DNA of 64,000 nucleotides from Macrostomum lignano (Eukaryota): NCBI GenBank assembly GCA_002269645.1, contig NIVC01000469.1, positions 248,001 to 312,000 of the forward strand, read 5' to 3'. Shown piece by piece: positions 58,814 to 64,000 of this stretch (position 1 is its first letter; each line of letters starts with the position of its first letter). The notes under the pieces were generated by a model. It saw only the letters and a program-made list of their open reading frames with translations, ran no database searches and was not told where the DNA came from. The position numbers and the translations under genes were made by a program.

Positions 58814-61298
58814 ATGAGCACTGCGTCGAACGATTCAAAGCGAACTCGGCTAACAACTTTCGACGCCGCTTGGATTGTTTCCCTAGAAGCAGAGAAATGG
58901 TTGACGAAGGGTAAAGTCAATACAGACGCGTTCTGCCTTTTCTGCGATAGACCGATACATGTTGGAAGCGGTGGAATTTCCGCCATCAAACAGCACATGA
59001 AAGCAAAAATTCACGAAGCAAATGCAGCTACAGCACTGCAGCAGAAGCAGAAGTCAATCGCATCCTTCTGCACTAAACAGAAAGATCCAGCAGCTAGTAG
59101 TAGCGATGACAAGTCAATCAAAACGACTGCAGCCGAAATTCGCTGGGTGTGGAACTCGGCATACAAATCGAAGAGCTTTAACACGGAGGACGACAGCCCT
59201 GATTTATTCCGAGCCATGTTTTCGGATTCTAAAATCGCTGCAAGCTTTTCTTGTGCCCGCACCAAGCAGGCCTACTTGCTGTCATTCGCGATCGTTCCTT
59301 TTGTGCAGCAAAAAATAACTGAGTCGATTGTGGGTGTGGATGCACTAGAATCGTCATTCGGCTTTTACTCCATCAGCTATGATGAGAGTGACGGTCTTAT
59401 GATGATTTGCGTACGTTATCTTAATTCTGAGGGCAGTGTTGTGGTCGAGATGCTCAACCAACTTCCTCTGGAAGGCCACGACGCTGCTTCATGTGCGCAA
59501 CTAATTCGACAGTGCGTTTTGGACAGCAAGCTCCCTTTATCGAAATGGATTGGAAATTTTTCCGATGGTTGCAGCGTGATGGTTGGCGAACACGCCGGGG
59601 TGTCTGCAATCTTGCGTCAAACTCCTGAGCTCGAACATCTACTTGACATAGGTAGCTGCACACTGCACATTGTTGCCAACGCATTTCGAAAGGCTTCAGA
59701 CTGTCATCTTTCTGAAGTGTCCGACCTTGCTGACGACATTTTTGCCTGCTTCAGCAGAAGCATTACTCGTCGAAAGGAATTCAAGGCCCTGCAAGAACAA
59801 ATTGGCATGGCACAGCTTTCCTTCAAGCGGAACGTGGAGTTACGATGGCTCATTCTCCTTCCCTGCTTGGAGCGCATAGAGGAGCAGTGGGTTCCTCTAT
59901 CTCTCTTCCTTTCGCAATCTGACGACAATTCTAACCGCATGCGAAGACTCCGAGCTGCCATCCAAAACCCGGACACACTGGTTTGCGTCCGATTTATGAT
60001 CCACGCTCTAAAGCTTGCAAGCCGCTTTGAGAAACTGCTCCAAGAAAGCTGTACAGTCCTAATTCACCGGCTGCATCCGGAGATGACCGCCTTGCTTGAA
60101 GCCATTGCCATCCAGTTTATACAACCATCTGCCTTTGAGAAGAAGTCGGTTGCATTCGTCGACTTTAAAGATCAAAGTCTGCATTTACCCATGACAAAGA
60201 TTGTAATTGGCCAGCAAGCTACTCTGCCTGATCGGCAAAAGCCGCTACTTTTTCGCTTTAAGCAGTTTTACCTAGCGGTGGCAACCTACTTGCAGGAGAA
60301 GCTGCCGCTCAAGAAGAAAGTTCTGCGCTGCATGAAGTTTCTGGACTTCACAACTGAAGTCGATGAAGAGGCTGTGCTGTTCGTTGCTAAAAAGCTTCCT
60401 CTAGTCGTTCCAGCTAGCGACATTAGTAGCCTCCAAACTGAGGTTAGGCTACTAAATCTGCGAACCAACGCCGGCGATCTCCTTTTGCCTGACAATCACG
60501 ACATTGCTGGTGGTTGGAGGAAGGCTGCCAAGACTGGTCGATACCCGCTTTTATCGCGTCTAGCTTCTGCATGCTGCACCCTGTTTCATGGAAACGCAGA
60601 TGCAGAGCGGTTCATCGGAAAGTCCCACGACGCTAGCGCCAATCCAAAGCGAAATCGACTCTCGGACGAAAAGCTCCGAGACTCACTTTTAGCTCGCAGC
60701 TTTTTGTGTGCTCGTAGCCTTAAACCAAAAAAATGTGCCGATTCCTGATGAACTAATCCAGGCCGCTTTAAAGGCGAGTTCCGAGTACAAGCAGCGAATG
60801 GCTGCTGAAAAAAAGGCAAGTGAACTGGCAGCAATTAAAAAGGCAGCTGAAGCAGAACAAGAGAAGTTGCGCCGAGAAGCTGAGAAGGTAAAAACATTCC
60901 GTGAAAACATTAATTTCTTTTTATAATGAATTTATATTACTGTATTTAATTCAATATTTCCCGCAACATTATAGAACGCTGAGCGAAAAGATGCACTCGA
61001 ACGCCTCGCTCAGGAACAGAGCCAGCAGGTCGCGAAAAAAGCGGAGACTACGGCAAAGTGCATTGAAGCCGAGCGAGACGTTCAAATTGCGATGGACAGG
61101 CTGCGCAAAGCACAGGGAGAAGATACGGCCGTTTCTGTTCGGCTGTCACAATTTGAGTCTGAGCGGCTTGTCATTGAACAGCGTGCAATGGACCAAGTCG
61201 TTCAGCGCACAGCCGAGGAAGCAGCAAGGCTGAAGCGACAAGCGGAGAACGCTGCTCTTGCACGCCTTCCCCATGTGCCTAAGAAGAAGAAAAACTAA
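58814..61298 (+). mobile_element. hAT-family transposase gene (BED-like zinc finger, DDE, dimerization domain, spliced coiled-coil tail) with one frameshift at A7 (60727-60733)
   Basis: FCLFC...QHMKAKIH; SISYDES; FSDGCSVMVG; SCTLH (CxxH); LRWL; HGNADAERF. Removing one A gives KPKNVPIPDEL; GT-AG intron 60888-60974 in phase 0; ~798 aa restored. TIRs not found. Confidence 0.85.
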
Positions 61299-61492
61299 TT
61301 ATTATAATTTTTGCTCGAAATTTGCTAACAAGTAACTACTGGTTTTTCGTCTTTGGCATTTTTGGAATGAGTGCCGCTGTGTCAGAAGTCACCAGACACA
61401 ATATACGTGCAATAGATACAATATAAGTACAATATTCGAATCCGGTAACAGTGATACGGCTAGCAAGGAAGTCCTTTTTATGAGAAAAAAAG

Positions 61493-61939
61493 TTGGCGTT
61501 ATTTTTTTCGGCCTGCGTTTTTTTTTCGAAATCAGTCAGTGGCTACACTGGCGATGCTCTGATTTCAGCAGACTCCACTGAGGAAGCTCAAGACCTGCCT
61601 GCTGGCACAGTTGGCTGGATCATTCCCAACAAGGCAGTCATATCTGCAGTCTGTCAGATGGAGCGCTCCTTCACGACAACGGACAAAGAGCTTCTGAAGG
61701 ACGTGAGCAAACGGCTTCAGGAAAAGTTCTTTCCCATTGTTCTTGCAAATATTCAGACGCAAAGCTCGGATCACGGCGAACGCTGTGCTAAGGCAATGGC
61801 CAAGTTGTTTGCCAGACTTCGCCTGCATCACTGGTGCAACAGTCAGAGGACGCTCGCTCAGCAGAGAAAGCGGGGGCGTACGACAGGAATAAAGAGAGCT
61901 GAAGAGAGGAAGAAGCTGATGCGATTAATTGCTGCTTAA
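61493..61939 (+). mobile_element. Possible P-element/THAP9-type transposase C-terminal remnant
   Basis: GWIIPNKAVISAVCQMERSF...H...AMAKLFARLRLHHWC resembles the GGL.xPS..V...C...E..F / H..LI..I...Y..IRLHH motifs recalled for P-type transposases. Confidence 0.4.
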
Positions 61940-62704
61940 CTTGAGTTCTTCAAAGTGTTTGGTTTGTTTAGATGATAAAATACGAAAAAATGATAAAATT
62001 TTACATTTGGTCCTCCAGGTTACTTATTATTCTTCGCTAATTTATACTACTAGCTATAGACTTTACAACAAGAGTAGTGCACACGAATTTTAATTCGGCT
62101 TCATGGAAATCGCTCGATTTGACATTCTGTGTATATTCTGTGCTAGTGACTAGCGACTCTGGATGACATTTTAACAAATCAAACGACTCTAATGCGACAC
62201 AGCCAAACTGCAGAGTCACGAGCGCATCACGTGAATTGCAGTCGTTGTGTCGCTTATAAATTTGCCATGCGATCATACAGCGACTCTTACACGTCTCAGA
62301 TACAACTCTACGGTCTCAGAGTCAGTATAGAAGCGCCCCAGATTCACTTGCGTCCTGAGGAGTCGGTTCGGAGTTGCCGACAATAACACGCCTCAGATTG
62401 ACTCTTAGGGGACTCGCACCGTGACATCTCGTCGTTTTAAGAGTCGTCTAGAGTCACTTCTTTCCTATTTTAACCTGTGTGAACTGAAACGACTCGGGCG
62501 ACGCAAGTGACTCTGGGTCGTTTCTTGGCTTAGGTACTGTTTTTATCGGGAGAAGGACCGGTGCTGAGTTTTTATCGTTAATGCTCTCGTCATCAGCCAA
62601 CCCTGCGAGATAGGACTTCACATTTCTGCACCTCGTTATAAAAAGATTCGCTTTATAAACGCTTTCCTTGCTACTAATCAGCTACTCAGCCCAGCGTCAC
62701 TCAC

Positions 62705-62939
62705 CGAAGGAGCCCTCCTTCGTCAGCCACTCGCCTCCGCAGAGTCGCTCCTCCAGCTCAGCCAACTGCTCAGAGTTCACAAAGTGCGACGCGATGCCGC
62801 ACTTCTTCACGTCCTCGCCAGACAGACGGTGCCCAGTCAGCGCCAGGTACACGCCAATTTGGGCGTGCAATCGGGGCAGGAAGAAGCCGCCACCGACGTC
62901 CGGGAAGAAGCCAATGTTGGTCTCAGGCATGGCGAACAC
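62705..62939 (-). CDS. HIBCH: 3-hydroxyisobutyryl-CoA hydrolase, penultimate exon (upstream exons outside the window)
   Basis: [24 protein letters not shown]...[26 protein letters not shown]; cccag acceptor, gtgagt donor. Confidence 0.94.
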
Positions 62940-62966
62940 CTGGGCGATGCGGGTGTGCCATTTGCT

Positions 62967-64000
62967 GAGTCAGTGACAGATACTAACCCACCCACACCTC
63001 AGTCAGTGACGGATACTAACCCCACCCACATCTGAGTCAGTGACGGATACTAACCCCACCCACATCTGAGTCAGTGACGGATACTAACCCCACCCATATC
63101 TGAGTCAGTGACAGATACTAACCCACCCACACCTCAGTCAGTGACGGATACTAACCCCACCCACATCTGAGTCAGTGACGGATACTAACCCCACCCACAT
63201 CTGAGTCAGTGACGGATACTAACCCCACCCATATCTGAGTCAGTGACAGATACTAACCCCACCCACATCTGAGTCAGTGACGGATACTAACCCCACCCAC
63301 ATCTGAGTCAGTGACGGATACTAACCCCACCCACATCTGAGTCAGTGACGGATACTAACCCCACCCATATCTGAGTCAGTGACGGATACTAACCCCACCC
63401 ACATCTGAGTCAGTGACGGATACTAACCCCACCCATATCTGAGTCAGTGACGGATACTAACCCCACCCATATCTGAGTCAGTGACGGATACTAACCCCAC
63501 CCATATCTGAGTCAGTGACAGATACTAACCCCACCCACATCTGAGTCAGTGACGGATACTAACCCCACCCATATCTGAGTCAGTGACGGATACTAACCCC
63601 ACCCACATCTGAGTCAGTGACGGATACTAACCCCACCCATATCTGAGTCAGTGACAGATACTAACCCACCCACACCTCAGTCAGTGACGGATACTAACCC
63701 CACCCATATCTGAGTCAGTGACAGATACTAACCCACCCACACCTCAGTCAGTGACGGATACTAACCCACCCACATCTGAGTCAGTGACAGACTAACCCCA
63801 CCCATATCTGAGTCAGTGACGGATACTAACCCCACCCATATCTGAGTCAGTGACAGATACTAACCCCACCCATATCTGAGGCAGTGACGGATACTAACCC
63901 CACCCATATCTGAGTCAGTGACAGATACTAACCCCACCCATATCTGAGTCAGTGACAGATACTAACCCCACCCATATCTGAGGCAGTGACAGATACTAAC
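62967..64000. repeat. 34-bp minisatellite (gagtcagtgacggatactaaccccacccacatct)x~30 in HIBCH intron
   Basis: Direct reading. Confidence 0.99.

Overview
Eukaryotic (metazoan) genomic DNA with GT-AG introns and abundant micro/minisatellites; the style resembles a free-living flatworm such as Macrostomum (inference, not provable here). Host genes: first three coding exons of a filamin (- strand, runs off the left edge), an intronless roadblock dynein light chain, an Asx/ASXL-like DEUBAD gene, a metallophosphoesterase (MPPED-like) gene with degenerate metal ligands, and the last two exons of HIBCH. The most striking feature is a tandem pair of ~1050-aa secreted SE-cephalotoxin-like genes (signal peptide, helical region, EGF, Sushi, TSP1, LDLa, plus an extra three-fold Cys-rich C-terminal domain). 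Their central ~2.26 kb is almost identical, while exon 1 and the C-terminal domain (~65% aa identity) are diverged. Mobile DNA: a truncated Crypton-type tyrosine recombinase, a near-intact spliced hAT transposase, a hAT MITE with perfect TSD, a tRNA-headed SINE, a P-like remnant, several foldback elements sharing a CCATAGAC motif, and a twice-present repeat carrying a 64-nt match to the 28S rRNA H69-H71 region. All coordinates, alignments and counts were done by eye.
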